A DNA stretch of 64,000 nt, taken from IMG/VR virus record IMGVR_UViG_3300009502_000036, positions 1 through 64,000 of that record; one strand, given 5' to 3'. The position numbers and the translations under genes are program-made. The stretch is from a virus. Under the pieces are notes generated by a model. The model was not told where the DNA came from. It ran no database searches and saw nothing but the letters and a program-made list of their open reading frames with translations. Each line of letters opens with the position of its first letter. The stretch's first letter is position 1. This document shows, in pieces, positions 30,419 to 38,650 of the stretch.

Positions 30419-32632
30419 ATGAGTAAAGGAAAAAAATTTCTAAGCGACTTAAAATTTGTAACAGACTATAGCAAATGGAGACCCGAATTTAACAGATACG
30501 AATCATGGGAAGAATCTTGTGAAGCAGTTGTTAATACCCATAGAGTAAAATATGCAAGCAAATTAGATATTCTAAAAGAATACATTAACGAAGCAGAACA
30601 ATCTTATAAAGATAAATTAGTATTTGCATCACAGAGAAATTTGCAGTTTAGAGGAGAACAGATTTTTAAGCATAATACTAGACTTTATAATTGTGCTGCT
30701 GTGTACATGGATAAAACACAAGTATTTTCACAAGTTAGTTATCTTAGTTTATCAGGATGTGGAGTTGGGATTTCTATGCTAAGAAAATGGGTAGATAAAC
30801 TTCCAACATTAACCCCAAGAAAAAAAGAAAAAATAAAAAATTTTATAATTCCAGATAGTATAGAGGGTTGGTCAGATGCTTTTGGTATTTTGGTTAGTTC
30901 TTTTTGCTCTAAAAACTCCCACTTTAAAGAGTACGAAGGTTCTATTGTAAGATTTGATTATTCTCAAATAAGACCTAAAGGAGCTATGATAGCTGGTGGG
31001 TTTAAGGCACCAGGACCGGCACCACTTAAACAAGCAATAGAAAGAATAGAATCATTATTAGAAAATGAAATTAAATATGGCGAAACTAAATTCCGTTCTA
31101 TAATATGTTATGATACCTTAATGCATATTGCAGATGCTATTCTTTCTGCTGGTGTTAGACGTTCTGCCTTAAGTATTATTATAGATCCTCAGGATCTAGA
31201 GTTATTAAATGCAAAAACAGGAAACTGGAGAGATACTAATAAACAAAGAGAAAGATCTAACAATTCTGTTGGATTAATTAGAGGTTCTTTTTCTGAAGAA
31301 TATTTTACATCTTTAGTAAAGAAAAATAATGGAATGTCTGATATTGGATTTATATTCTTAAATAACGAATATGAAGTTATGAATCCTTGTGCAGAAATAT
31401 CATTCACACCTATTTTAGATTTAAAAAGAGAAATTACAGGAGTATCACTTTGTAATTTAAGTGAAATAAATGGAAAAGCATGTAAAACTAAAGAAAAATT
31501 CTTAAAGGCATGCAAATCTGCAGCAATTTTTGGTACTTTACAAGCAGGATATACAGATTTTTCTTATCTTGGATCTATTACAGAAGAGATCGTAAGAAAA
31601 GAAGCATTGATTGGAGTTTCTATTACGGGATGGATGAACACTCCTGACATATTTAATGAAGAGTGGTTGCAGGACGGCATTAATCTTATAGAGTTGACGA
31701 ATAGACAATTAGCAGAAATTCTTGAAATTAATCCGGCTGCTCGATTAACGACAGTGAAACCTTCAGGAAATATTTCTGTTTTAATTGGTTGTTCATCAGG
31801 AATTCACCCTGAACATTCTAAGAGATATTTTAGAATAATGCAACTTAATAAAGAGTCTGACACTGCTAAATGGTTAATAGAAAATAATCCTGATATTATA
31901 GAAGAATCTGTTTGGAGTGCAAACAACACCGATTATGTGGTATATTCTCCTGTTGAAAATGAACTTGGCACGATATATAAAGATGTAATGCGTAATTTAA
32001 TGCATTTAGAAAAGATTAAATTTGTTCAAGAAAATTGGGTTATGAAAGGACAAATATCAGAAAGATGTATAATGCCGAAAACTCAGAATAACGTTTCTTG
32101 CACTGTTATTATAGATGATTATGACGAAGTTGCAAAATATGTATTTGATAATCAAAATGTATTTACTGCAGTTAGTTTCCTTTCGGAGTTTGGTGACAAA
32201 GATTATCCACAAGCTCCATTTACATCAGTTCTAAATTCAGAAGAACTTTTAGAAAAATATGGAGACGCTGTCATTTTTGCATCTGGACTTATTGTTGATG
32301 GATTACATTACTTTGATCAGAATCTATGGGAAGCCTGTTTACATGTTACTTCTAAAGAAAAGAAAGTAGATGGAACACGAACCGAAGTTCTTCTTAAAAA
32401 GGATTGGATAAGGAGGGCAAAACAGTTCTCTAAAAACTATTTTAAAAATGATGTAGAAAAGATGATTTATTGTCTAAAGGACGTGCATTTGTGGTACAAA
32501 TGGAATAAAATAGCAAAATCTTTCAAAGAAGTAGATTTTGAGAAAATACTCACAGCACCCACGTTTAATGACGTAAGTGATTATGGTGCAGTTAGTTGTT
32601 CGGGCGGTGCCTGTGAAATAACTAGAATTTGA
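30419..32632 (+). CDS. nrdJ: class II (adenosylcobalamin-dependent, monomeric-type) ribonucleotide reductase
   Basis: LYNC, IPDSIEGW, FDYSQIRPKGA...GP.PL, GVRRSA, NPCAEI, LCNLSE, TTVKPSG, C-terminal CSGGAC; no beta subunit adjacent. Confidence 0.85.
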   Translation: MSKGKKFLSDLKFVTDYSKWRPEFNRYESWEESCEAVVNTHRVKYASKLDILKEYINEAEQSYKDKLVFASQRNLQFRGEQIFKHNTRLYNCAAVYMDKTQVFSQVSYLSLSGCGVGISMLRKWVDKLPTLTPRKKEKIKNFIIPDSIEGWSDAFGILVSSFCSKNSHFKEYEGSIVRFDYSQIRPKGAMIAGGFKAPGPAPLKQAIERIESLLENEIKYGETKFRSIICYDTLMHIADAILSAGVRRSALSIIIDPQDLELLNAKTGNWRDTNKQRERSNNSVGLIRGSFSEEYFTSLVKKNNGMSDIGFIFLNNEYEVMNPCAEISFTPILDLKREITGVSLCNLSEINGKACKTKEKFLKACKSAAIFGTLQAGYTDFSYLGSITEEIVRKEALIGVSITGWMNTPDIFNEEWLQDGINLIELTNRQLAEILEINPAARLTTVKPSGNISVLIGCSSGIHPEHSKRYFRIMQLNKESDTAKWLIENNPDIIEESVWSANNTDYVVYSPVENELGTIYKDVMRNLMHLEKIKFVQENWVMKGQISERCIMPKTQNNVSCTVIIDDYDEVAKYVFDNQNVFTAVSFLSEFGDKDYPQAPFTSVLNSEELLEKYGDAVIFASGLIVDGLHYFDQNLWEACLHVTSKEKKVDGTRTEVLLKKDWIRRAKQFSKNYFKNDVEKMIYCLKDVHLWYKWNKIAKSFKEVDFEKILTAPTFNDVSDYGAVSCSGGACEITRI

Positions 32633-32668
32633 TTATTTTTCTTTTGACGTAAAAGTGTTATATTATAA

Positions 32669-32703
32669 ATATAAAGCTACTAAAGATGCTAGTAGCTTTA
32701 TAT
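32669..32703. terminator. stem-loop overlapping a late promoter
   Basis: ATATAAAGCTACTA / TAGTAGCTTTATAT inverted repeat; TATAAATA at 32664-32671, TATATTAT at 32659. Confidence 0.6.
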
Positions 32704-32785
32704 TATTATTTTTGCATCTTAAAAATATGGGACATTCGAGGCAGATCTCGACGTACATATAGTTTTTTTCACTAATTTCGGAAAA

Positions 32786-33388
32786 ATGAATGTATCACAT
32801 ATTCGAAAAAAATGGAGTACATATCTCCTAGGCGCATTGACCCTAATAACCTTTATATGGTTTGCGAAAGTAGATTCAGAAGGTAGGGCAGAAACGCTAT
32901 TGAAACAGCCTATTAAAACAATAAACCAAGAACAGCTAGGACCTGTTCAATTAAATGCATTACCGGATTCCATAAAGATTAAGGAACCAGAAAAGAAAAA
33001 GCCAGTTAATAAATCAGAATTAAATTGGTTAGCAAAAAATATTTATCATGAAGCGCGTGGACAGTCTATAAAAGGACAGTATGCAGTTGCAATAGTAACA
33101 CTCAATAGAGTCAAATCTGGAAAATTTCCTGAGTCTATAGAGAAAGTTGTAACTCAACCAGGTCAATTTTCATGGTACCATCATAAAACAATTAATAAAA
33201 TTACAGAGAGCGATTCTTTTGAAATAGCAAAAGAAATAGCAAGAAATGTCCTTGAAGAGAATGGTACTCTTTACAAGGAATCTAATAGTGAATTAAAAGG
33301 AGCACTTTATTTCTGTGAAAAACGTATAAAAACTCCTAAAAATAGAAAGGTTACTGCTAGAATAGGGAGTCATATTTTCTATATATGA
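32786..33388 (+). CDS. SleB-like cell wall hydrolase (Hydrolase_2) with N-terminal membrane anchor
   Basis: LAKNIYHEARGQ...AVAIVTLNRV...FP.SI..VV.Q..QFSW, GALYF, IGSHIFY. Confidence 0.9.
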   Translation: MNVSHIRKKWSTYLLGALTLITFIWFAKVDSEGRAETLLKQPIKTINQEQLGPVQLNALPDSIKIKEPEKKKPVNKSELNWLAKNIYHEARGQSIKGQYAVAIVTLNRVKSGKFPESIEKVVTQPGQFSWYHHKTINKITESDSFEIAKEIARNVLEENGTLYKESNSELKGALYFCEKRIKTPKNRKVTARIGSHIFYI

Positions 33389-33411
33389 CATAATATTAAC
33401 AACAAAATTAA

Positions 33412-33636
33412 ATGTTAAAACTAGTTACGCGTGACGAATTTGTTGATGAAATAAATAAAATAATTTTTAACGATGGTTGTTCTGTTATTGAAGCAATTTG
33501 TGAGTATGCAGAATCTAATGATATAGAATATTCCAAATTGGTTCCTTTTATCAATGCAACATTTAAAAATTCAATTATTTTTGAGGCCGAACAGAGAAAT
33601 ATGATGAAAAAGCAAAATGGACAATTACCAATCTGA
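33412..33636 (+). CDS. gp33: late transcription coactivator gp33
   Basis: Size, IEAICEYAE..DIE, EAEQRNMMK...LPI; synteny 33-59-32. Confidence 0.75.
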   Translation: MLKLVTRDEFVDEINKIIFNDGCSVIEAICEYAESNDIEYSKLVPFINATFKNSIIFEAEQRNMMKKQNGQLPI

Positions 33637-34306
33637 ACACTCTGAAAAGGGATTGTTCGTTTATGAGATGTATTCTGCTATAAAATTGCATTTCACTTCT
33701 AATTATGACTTCTTCAAGTACCACGGAAAAACAAAGTCTTCGGTAAAAAATCGAGAAGATATGAATATGTTTATTCAATCAAAAAACTTTAAATTATCCG
33801 TGGGACTTGCAAAGAAGATTAAAACTGAGGATGCGATTATAGAATTTCTTATAGCAAATATATTAAAAAATAATAAAATATGGTTAAACGATTTATTAAG
33901 TGATGAAGCAGAAGATGAATGGATTAAATGGAAACGAACTCAAAATTCTCTTACATATAATTTTATTACAGATGTGAAGTGGATTTTAAGTAACAATTTG
34001 AAGTTTAATTCCTATCTAGATGCTACTAAAGGAGTACCTCCAATTTTAGAATTTCTTTTGCATGATAAAATCAAGATAGAAACAGTTGTTATTATTGATT
34101 GGTTAACCGGATTTCTTAAACAGAAAGTTCTTAAAGACAAAAATTTTACTATATTTTCTAATATTATAATAAATATAGAAAAGTATAAACCTTTATTTTT
34201 ACATTATCATAATTTTTATGATAGAGATAAATTGAAGTTTAAAAAAATTCTTCTAGAGAAGATAAACATTCAAAAAGAGCAAACAGAAAATATTTTGCCC
34301 TTTTAA
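33617..34306 (+). CDS. gp59: helicase loader gp59
   Basis: Y.AIKLHFT..YDFFKYHGK, P.IL...L...I.IET. Confidence 0.88.
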   Translation: MDNYQSEHSEKGLFVYEMYSAIKLHFTSNYDFFKYHGKTKSSVKNREDMNMFIQSKNFKLSVGLAKKIKTEDAIIEFLIANILKNNKIWLNDLLSDEAEDEWIKWKRTQNSLTYNFITDVKWILSNNLKFNSYLDATKGVPPILEFLLHDKIKIETVVIIDWLTGFLKQKVLKDKNFTIFSNIIINIEKYKPLFLHYHNFYDRDKLKFKKILLEKINIQKEQTENILPF

Positions 34307-34369
34307 ACGAAATTTATATAATGAGAATATGTGGATAAAACAACATACAAACACATAGTACATACAAAA

Positions 34370-35254
34370 ATGACGACGACAACATTCGCAGATTTAAAAA
34401 AATCACGCAAGAGTAATTTCGACGAACTTACAAAAAAAGTCGAACAGTTAATTTCTCCTACAAGAGAATCTTTTTCAGATGATCGATTTTGGGTACCTAC
34501 AATTGACAAAGCTGGCAATGGTTACAATGTAATCAGATTTCTTCCTGCAAAGGCTGGAGAAAGTTATCCATGGATTAGTTATTTTGATCATGGATTTCAA
34601 GGACCAACCGGATTATGGTACATCGAAAAATCTTTAACAACAATTGGTGGACAAGATCCATTGGGTGACTATAATTCCAAACTTTGGAATTCTGGTGTAG
34701 AAGCAAATAAGGAACAAGCTAGAAAACAGAAAAGGCGTCTTCATTATGTTTCTAACATTTACGTTGTTAGTGATTCTGCACATCCAGAAAATGAAGGGAA
34801 AATTTTCCTATTTCAATATGGCAAAAAGCTTTTCCAGAAGATTAATGAAGCTATGAATCCACAGTATGAAGATGAAACTCCAATTAACCCATTTGACTTC
34901 TGGGAAGGAGCAAATTTCAAACTAAAAATTCGTAACTATGAAGGCTATCGTAATTATGATAAATCAGAGTTTGATACTACAGGTCCTTTGTTTGATGATG
35001 ACAAAAAGTTGGAAAAAATATATAATGATCTTTATAGTTTAAGTGACTTCTTGGATCCTAAAAATTTCAAGACATATGAAGAACTAGAAAAGAAACTGAA
35101 TAAAGTTCTATTCTTGGAAGATAATGAACCAAGACAGAAAGCAGAAGTACCTACACCACAAGAAAGCCGTAGGTCTATTAATGACAAAATACAAGATGAT
35201 GACGATGATTCTATTGATACTGACTTCTTTAAGCGATTAGCTCAGGAAGATTAA
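34370..35254 (+). CDS. gp32: single-stranded DNA-binding protein gp32
   Basis: DDRFW.P..DKAGNG..VIRFLP, HGFQGPTGLWYIE, PFDFWEGANFKLKIR, acidic tail; ATG 34370 preferred to GTG 34331. Confidence 0.97.
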   Translation: MTTTTFADLKKSRKSNFDELTKKVEQLISPTRESFSDDRFWVPTIDKAGNGYNVIRFLPAKAGESYPWISYFDHGFQGPTGLWYIEKSLTTIGGQDPLGDYNSKLWNSGVEANKEQARKQKRRLHYVSNIYVVSDSAHPENEGKIFLFQYGKKLFQKINEAMNPQYEDETPINPFDFWEGANFKLKIRNYEGYRNYDKSEFDTTGPLFDDDKKLEKIYNDLYSLSDFLDPKNFKTYEELEKKLNKVLFLEDNEPRQKAEVPTPQESRRSINDKIQDDDDDSIDTDFFKRLAQED

Positions 35255-35266
35255 TACTTATCATTC

Positions 35267-35294
35267 AAAGGGGTAGAATATTCTATCCCTTTTT
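35267..35294 (+). terminator. rho-independent terminator after gene 32
   Basis: AAAGGGGTAGAA-TA-TTCTATCCCTTTTT. Confidence 0.75.
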
Positions 35295-35313
35295 ATTATG
35301 AAAATATGGAAAA

Positions 35314-36315
35314 ATGTTTAACAAAGAATTTGGTGAGCAAAAAGCACTTCTAAGAGAATTTAACATTCCCGAATGTATTCTTAAAAAATATAACGAGCAT
35401 CATAGATTCTATCATAATCAAAATCATATCAATGATTTGTGGATTAAAGGTAGCAAAATGATTACTAAACATGACATTGGTGTACCGTATGATCTAGGAT
35501 TAGCAATTATTTTTCATGATATTATATATGATCCAAAATCAAAGGATAATGAAAAGAAAAGTGCAGAATTTTTAATGTCTTTTGCTAAGAATGACAAATT
35601 TCCAACTAGCAGATATGATATTTTTATAAGAGCATATAATGCCATTCTAGATACAGAGAATCACGAACCAAAGACTGAATTGGGTAAAGTTTTATGTGAA
35701 ATAGATGTTAGTTCTCTTCATGAAGACTTTGATGTTCTTCTAAAAAATGAGGAACTTATAGCAAAAGAATATCAATATTTACCTTATGAAAAATACGTAA
35801 GTGGAAGAATAAATTTTTTAATTGAGTTCTATAAAAATAACATCGATTTAGGAAAGGTGTTTAATTCTTATATTTCCTTCGTAAAAAATAAAAAGCCTAA
35901 TATTGGACTTTATGCAGGTACCTTTAATCCGTTTCATAAAGGGCATCTTAATATTTTAGAGAAGGCGGAGAAAATATTCGATAAGGTTATTATTTTATAC
36001 GGCAATAATACAGCTAAAGATAATTCTATTACTAAAATTGTTCCTAAGTATATAGAAAATAGAGAAATAGTTCATCATAGCGGTTTATTGGTAGATTATA
36101 TCAATTCATTACCTTATGATGTTACTCTTATAAGAGGACTAAGAAATACTACAGATTTGCAAGCAGAATTAAATCTTTATAGATTTTTGAATGATATGAA
36201 ACCTGATATTAAAATTATTAATATTTTTTGCGATGCAGAATGCGAACATATTTCTAGTAGTTCTTTAAAGGAAATAGAAAAATTTACGTCTATTAAAAAT
36301 TACATTGTAGAATGA
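35314..36315 (+). CDS. HD-domain phosphohydrolase fused to CoaD-like (HxGH) nucleotidyltransferase
   Basis: HRFYHNQNHI and FHDIIY (HD); YAGTFNPFHKGH, LIRGLRNTTD, HISSS (PPAT-like). Confidence 0.85.
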   Translation: MFNKEFGEQKALLREFNIPECILKKYNEHHRFYHNQNHINDLWIKGSKMITKHDIGVPYDLGLAIIFHDIIYDPKSKDNEKKSAEFLMSFAKNDKFPTSRYDIFIRAYNAILDTENHEPKTELGKVLCEIDVSSLHEDFDVLLKNEELIAKEYQYLPYEKYVSGRINFLIEFYKNNIDLGKVFNSYISFVKNKKPNIGLYAGTFNPFHKGHLNILEKAEKIFDKVIILYGNNTAKDNSITKIVPKYIENREIVHHSGLLVDYINSLPYDVTLIRGLRNTTDLQAELNLYRFLNDMKPDIKIINIFCDAECEHISSSSLKEIEKFTSIKNYIVE

Positions 36316-36437
36316 AATATAAAACAGATAACATAGTGAAATATATACCGAATCTGCTTCTAAGTTTTTATTGTAGTCACAAATATAGAAATATAACATT
36401 ACTATTAATAAAATTAGACTGGATTTTAGTAAGATGA
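36312..36437 (+). CDS. microprotein array unit 1 (41 aa)
   Basis: MKYKTDNIVKYIPNLLLSFYCSHKYRNITLLLIKLDWILVR*; ATGA overlaps on both sides. Confidence 0.7.
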   Translation: MKYKTDNIVKYIPNLLLSFYCSHKYRNITLLLIKLDWILVR

Positions 36438-36584
36438 AATATAATGTTCATACCGTAAATTATGCAATTCATAATGCTTATTTTTGGAGTGTTTAGTATA
36501 GATTTTTATAATTTTTATATCAAATTGTATTATTATTATGCAATTATTTTTAAACATCAGATCAAAAACTTAATTGTTAGATGA
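36434..36584 (+). pseudogene. microprotein array unit 2 (frameshift in T5)
   Basis: MKYNVHTVNYAIHNAYF; removing one T at 36481-36485 gives GVFSIDFYNFYIKLYYYYAIIFKHQIKNLIVR*. Confidence 0.65.
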
Positions 36585-36730
36585 ACTATAACATACATAC
36601 AGTGTTATGAAAGTTGGAATGGGGGACAATGTTATATGTTTGAAGGTGAGTTTAACTATCAGAAAAATACCATTTACAATAGTATAATAAAAAATGATTA
36701 ATACGATTAAATTTCTACACTAGAAAATGA
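36581..36730 (+). pseudogene. microprotein array unit 3 (degenerate)
   Basis: MNYNIHTVL* followed by broken frames; unit-length spacing to the next ATGA at 36727. Confidence 0.5.
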
Positions 36731-36888
36731 AACATTATAAGACGGGATTAATTTTTAGTAAAAATTTATGTTATTTTGATAAAGAACTTCTTAGAAATGA
36801 AATTTTTTCTAGTGTTCCTATTTGGATTATTTTTAATGGTGTAAGTGTTAGAAGAATGGAATTATTTTTTAATCTTTTAGCTCAATGA
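36727..36888 (+). CDS. microprotein array unit 4 (53 aa)
   Basis: MKHYKTGLIFSKNLCYFDKELLRNEIFSSVPIWIIFNGVSVRRMELFFNLLAQ*. Confidence 0.65.
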   Translation: MKHYKTGLIFSKNLCYFDKELLRNEIFSSVPIWIIFNGVSVRRMELFFNLLAQ

Positions 36889-37031
36889 AACAATATAGAA
36901 TTAAACAACACAATGTTTTTCTGGGAGGTTGTTATTGGGAAGTTGGTGAATTATTATTACCGTCTGATATCCAACTTACCTTTCCTTTACGAAAATATTT
37001 AAATCTAAAATTTGGTTTAATTTTAATATAA
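36885..37031 (+). CDS. microprotein array unit 5 (48 aa)
   Basis: MKQYRIKQHNVFLGGCYWEVGELLLPSDIQLTFPLRKYLNLKFGLILI*; TAATG overlap with unit 6. Confidence 0.65.
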   Translation: MKQYRIKQHNVFLGGCYWEVGELLLPSDIQLTFPLRKYLNLKFGLILI

Positions 37032-37213
37032 TGAAATATAATGTTCGTAGTAAGATGAAATATAATATAGATGCGATTCCGATTTATTTCAATTTTCATA
37101 TTTTTTGTTCAATTTATCCTCGGCATGAATTGGGTTCGATAATAAACAATCTTTCAATTCTATACTTTCTTGTAAATATAACAGATCTACTTGATAAGAC
37201 CAAAATAAGATGA
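37031..37213 (+). CDS. microprotein array unit 6 (60 aa, duplicated start)
   Basis: MKYNVRSK-MKYNIDA...TKIR*. Confidence 0.65.
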   Translation: MKYNVRSKMKYNIDAIPIYFNFHIFCSIYPRHELGSIINNLSILYFLVNITDLLDKTKIR

Positions 37214-37404
37214 AAAAATATAACACAGAAAAAATAAATCGTAATATTACGAGAATATATTCTATAGTATTTCGCGACTCTAATTATTATTTTATTAAGT
37301 TTCAAAATCAATTAATTTACACCAGATACGGTATACCATGTCTATGGTTAGAAGAACTTGAACGTGATCTTTATCAATCTAGATGTTTTAATGTAGACTT
37401 TTAA
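37210..37404 (+). CDS. microprotein array unit 7 (64 aa)
   Basis: MKKYNTEKINRNI...FNVDF*. Confidence 0.65.
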   Translation: MKKYNTEKINRNITRIYSIVFRDSNYYFIKFQNQLIYTRYGIPCLWLEELERDLYQSRCFNVDF

Positions 37405-37407
37405 AAA

Positions 37408-37560
37408 ATGAAATATAATATTAACACAGTAAATGAAAATTTAAAAGCTAGCATTCTAGTAGATTTTTTCTATTCGGATTTCATGTCTTTCGCTCATATA
37501 TTCAAAAATCCAGAATATAAATTACTATTAGAAAAATTTCCCGGGATTTTAGTAAGATGA
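37408..37560 (+). CDS. microprotein array unit 8 (50 aa)
   Basis: MKYNINTVNENLKASILVDFFYSDFMSFAHIFKNPEYKLLLEKFPGILVR*. Confidence 0.7.
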   Translation: MKYNINTVNENLKASILVDFFYSDFMSFAHIFKNPEYKLLLEKFPGILVR

Positions 37561-37715
37561 AATACGATATTAACAATATAAATATATTTCTAGGAGAGAA
37601 TTTGCATCCAATTAAAAGTTTTTATTCGAATTTTAGATTTTATATGGATAAATATAGAAATATACCAGAACATGTATTGCTATCAATAAAACTAAACCAG
37701 ATTTTAGTAAGATGA
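37557..37715 (+). CDS. microprotein array unit 9 (52 aa)
   Basis: MKYDINNINIFLGENLHPIKSFYSNFRFYMDKYRNIPEHVLLSIKLNQILVR*. Confidence 0.7.
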   Translation: MKYDINNINIFLGENLHPIKSFYSNFRFYMDKYRNIPEHVLLSIKLNQILVR

Positions 37716-37831
37716 AATACGATATTAACAATATAAATAATAAAATAACGGGTGATTGGTCACCTTATGATTTTGCTTTTGATATTTTAGCATTTGAAAT
37801 TAAAGTTTATTTACAAAATTGGATCATATGA
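37712..37831 (+). CDS. microprotein array unit 10 (39 aa)
   Basis: MKYDINNINNKITGDWSPYDFAFDILAFEIKVYLQNWII*. Confidence 0.7.
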   Translation: MKYDINNINNKITGDWSPYDFAFDILAFEIKVYLQNWII

Positions 37832-37980
37832 CGAATAACTATAACACGAAAAACATAAATTATGAAATTCATAGTAATATCTGTAATAAAAGGTTTGGAA
37901 TGCCTTTAATTGGCGATTTTGTATATGAAATATATTTAGCAATAAGTAGTTCGGTATATTTACCATATATAGTTAGATGA
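37828..37980 (+). CDS. microprotein array unit 11 (50 aa)
   Basis: MTNNYNTKNINYEIHSNICNKRFGMPLIGDFVYEIYLAISSSVYLPYIVR*; ATGA overlap with the glycosyltransferase. Confidence 0.7.
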   Translation: MTNNYNTKNINYEIHSNICNKRFGMPLIGDFVYEIYLAISSSVYLPYIVR

Positions 37981-38546
37981 TACATACATTTATACCTTAT
38001 GCGCACCGATCAGAGAATAAAAATCTTGGCGCAGTTTATAATCGATATATGAATATGATTAACGATGACGATTGGGCATGTTTTTTAGATGCAGATGCAA
38101 TGTTTACGACATCTGATTATCATGAGCAATTAGAAACTATTACAACTGCTATAGATTCAAAGAATTTAAATGTTGGTCTATTAACTGCAGTTACGAATAG
38201 AATAGGTAATGTTGAACAAATCGTATTTTCTAAAGATTCCGACGATGCTTATAATCATGATTTTTCTTTTCATAGAAAAATAGGAAAAAATTTACAGGAA
38301 AAAAATAGGTATCTTTTAAAAGAATGCAAAGATCCTATTAGCGGAGTTGTTTTATTATTACCTAAAAGAGTATGGAAACAAACAGAAGGATTTATAAATG
38401 GATTTTTAAGTGTAGATAATCATATCGACTACGCTATAAGAAGAGCTGGTTTTCGTACTTGTATTATGGAAGGATTATATGTCTATCATTGGTATAGAAA
38501 TGATTGGAAAGAAACCAATGGATTAGCTCCTACCGGATATAAATAA
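37977..38546 (+). CDS. GT-A fold (family 2-like) glycosyltransferase
   Basis: KNLGAVYN, WACFLDADAMF (DxD), SGVVLLL.KRVW...GF, GLYVYHWYR. Confidence 0.75.
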   Translation: MIHTFIPYAHRSENKNLGAVYNRYMNMINDDDWACFLDADAMFTTSDYHEQLETITTAIDSKNLNVGLLTAVTNRIGNVEQIVFSKDSDDAYNHDFSFHRKIGKNLQEKNRYLLKECKDPISGVVLLLPKRVWKQTEGFINGFLSVDNHIDYAIRRAGFRTCIMEGLYVYHWYRNDWKETNGLAPTGYK

Positions 38547-38650
38547 AAAATTTCTTATTCTCAAAAAAGTTTCTATATTATAAACATCAAATGAAATAAT
38601 TTTTACAACAAACAACAAACAACAATAACAAAAACAAAACAAAAAACATT

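Noticed and set aside
34331-34369. N-terminal extension of gp32 from GTG 34331
   Set aside because: The A/C-rich ACATAC-repeat stretch looks like an unstructured gene 32 leader; homology begins at ATG 34370.
36576-37978. Integron cassettes (GTTAGAT fits the GTTRRRY core)
   Set aside because: No inverse core or attC hairpin follows the stops (each stop overlaps the next start), most junctions read GTAAGAT, and no integrase is visible.
36312-37980. Microprotein array as a CRISPR array
   Set aside because: Repeats are degenerate and non-palindromic, the intervening segments are over 100 bp, variable in length and open reading frames, and no cas genes are in the window.
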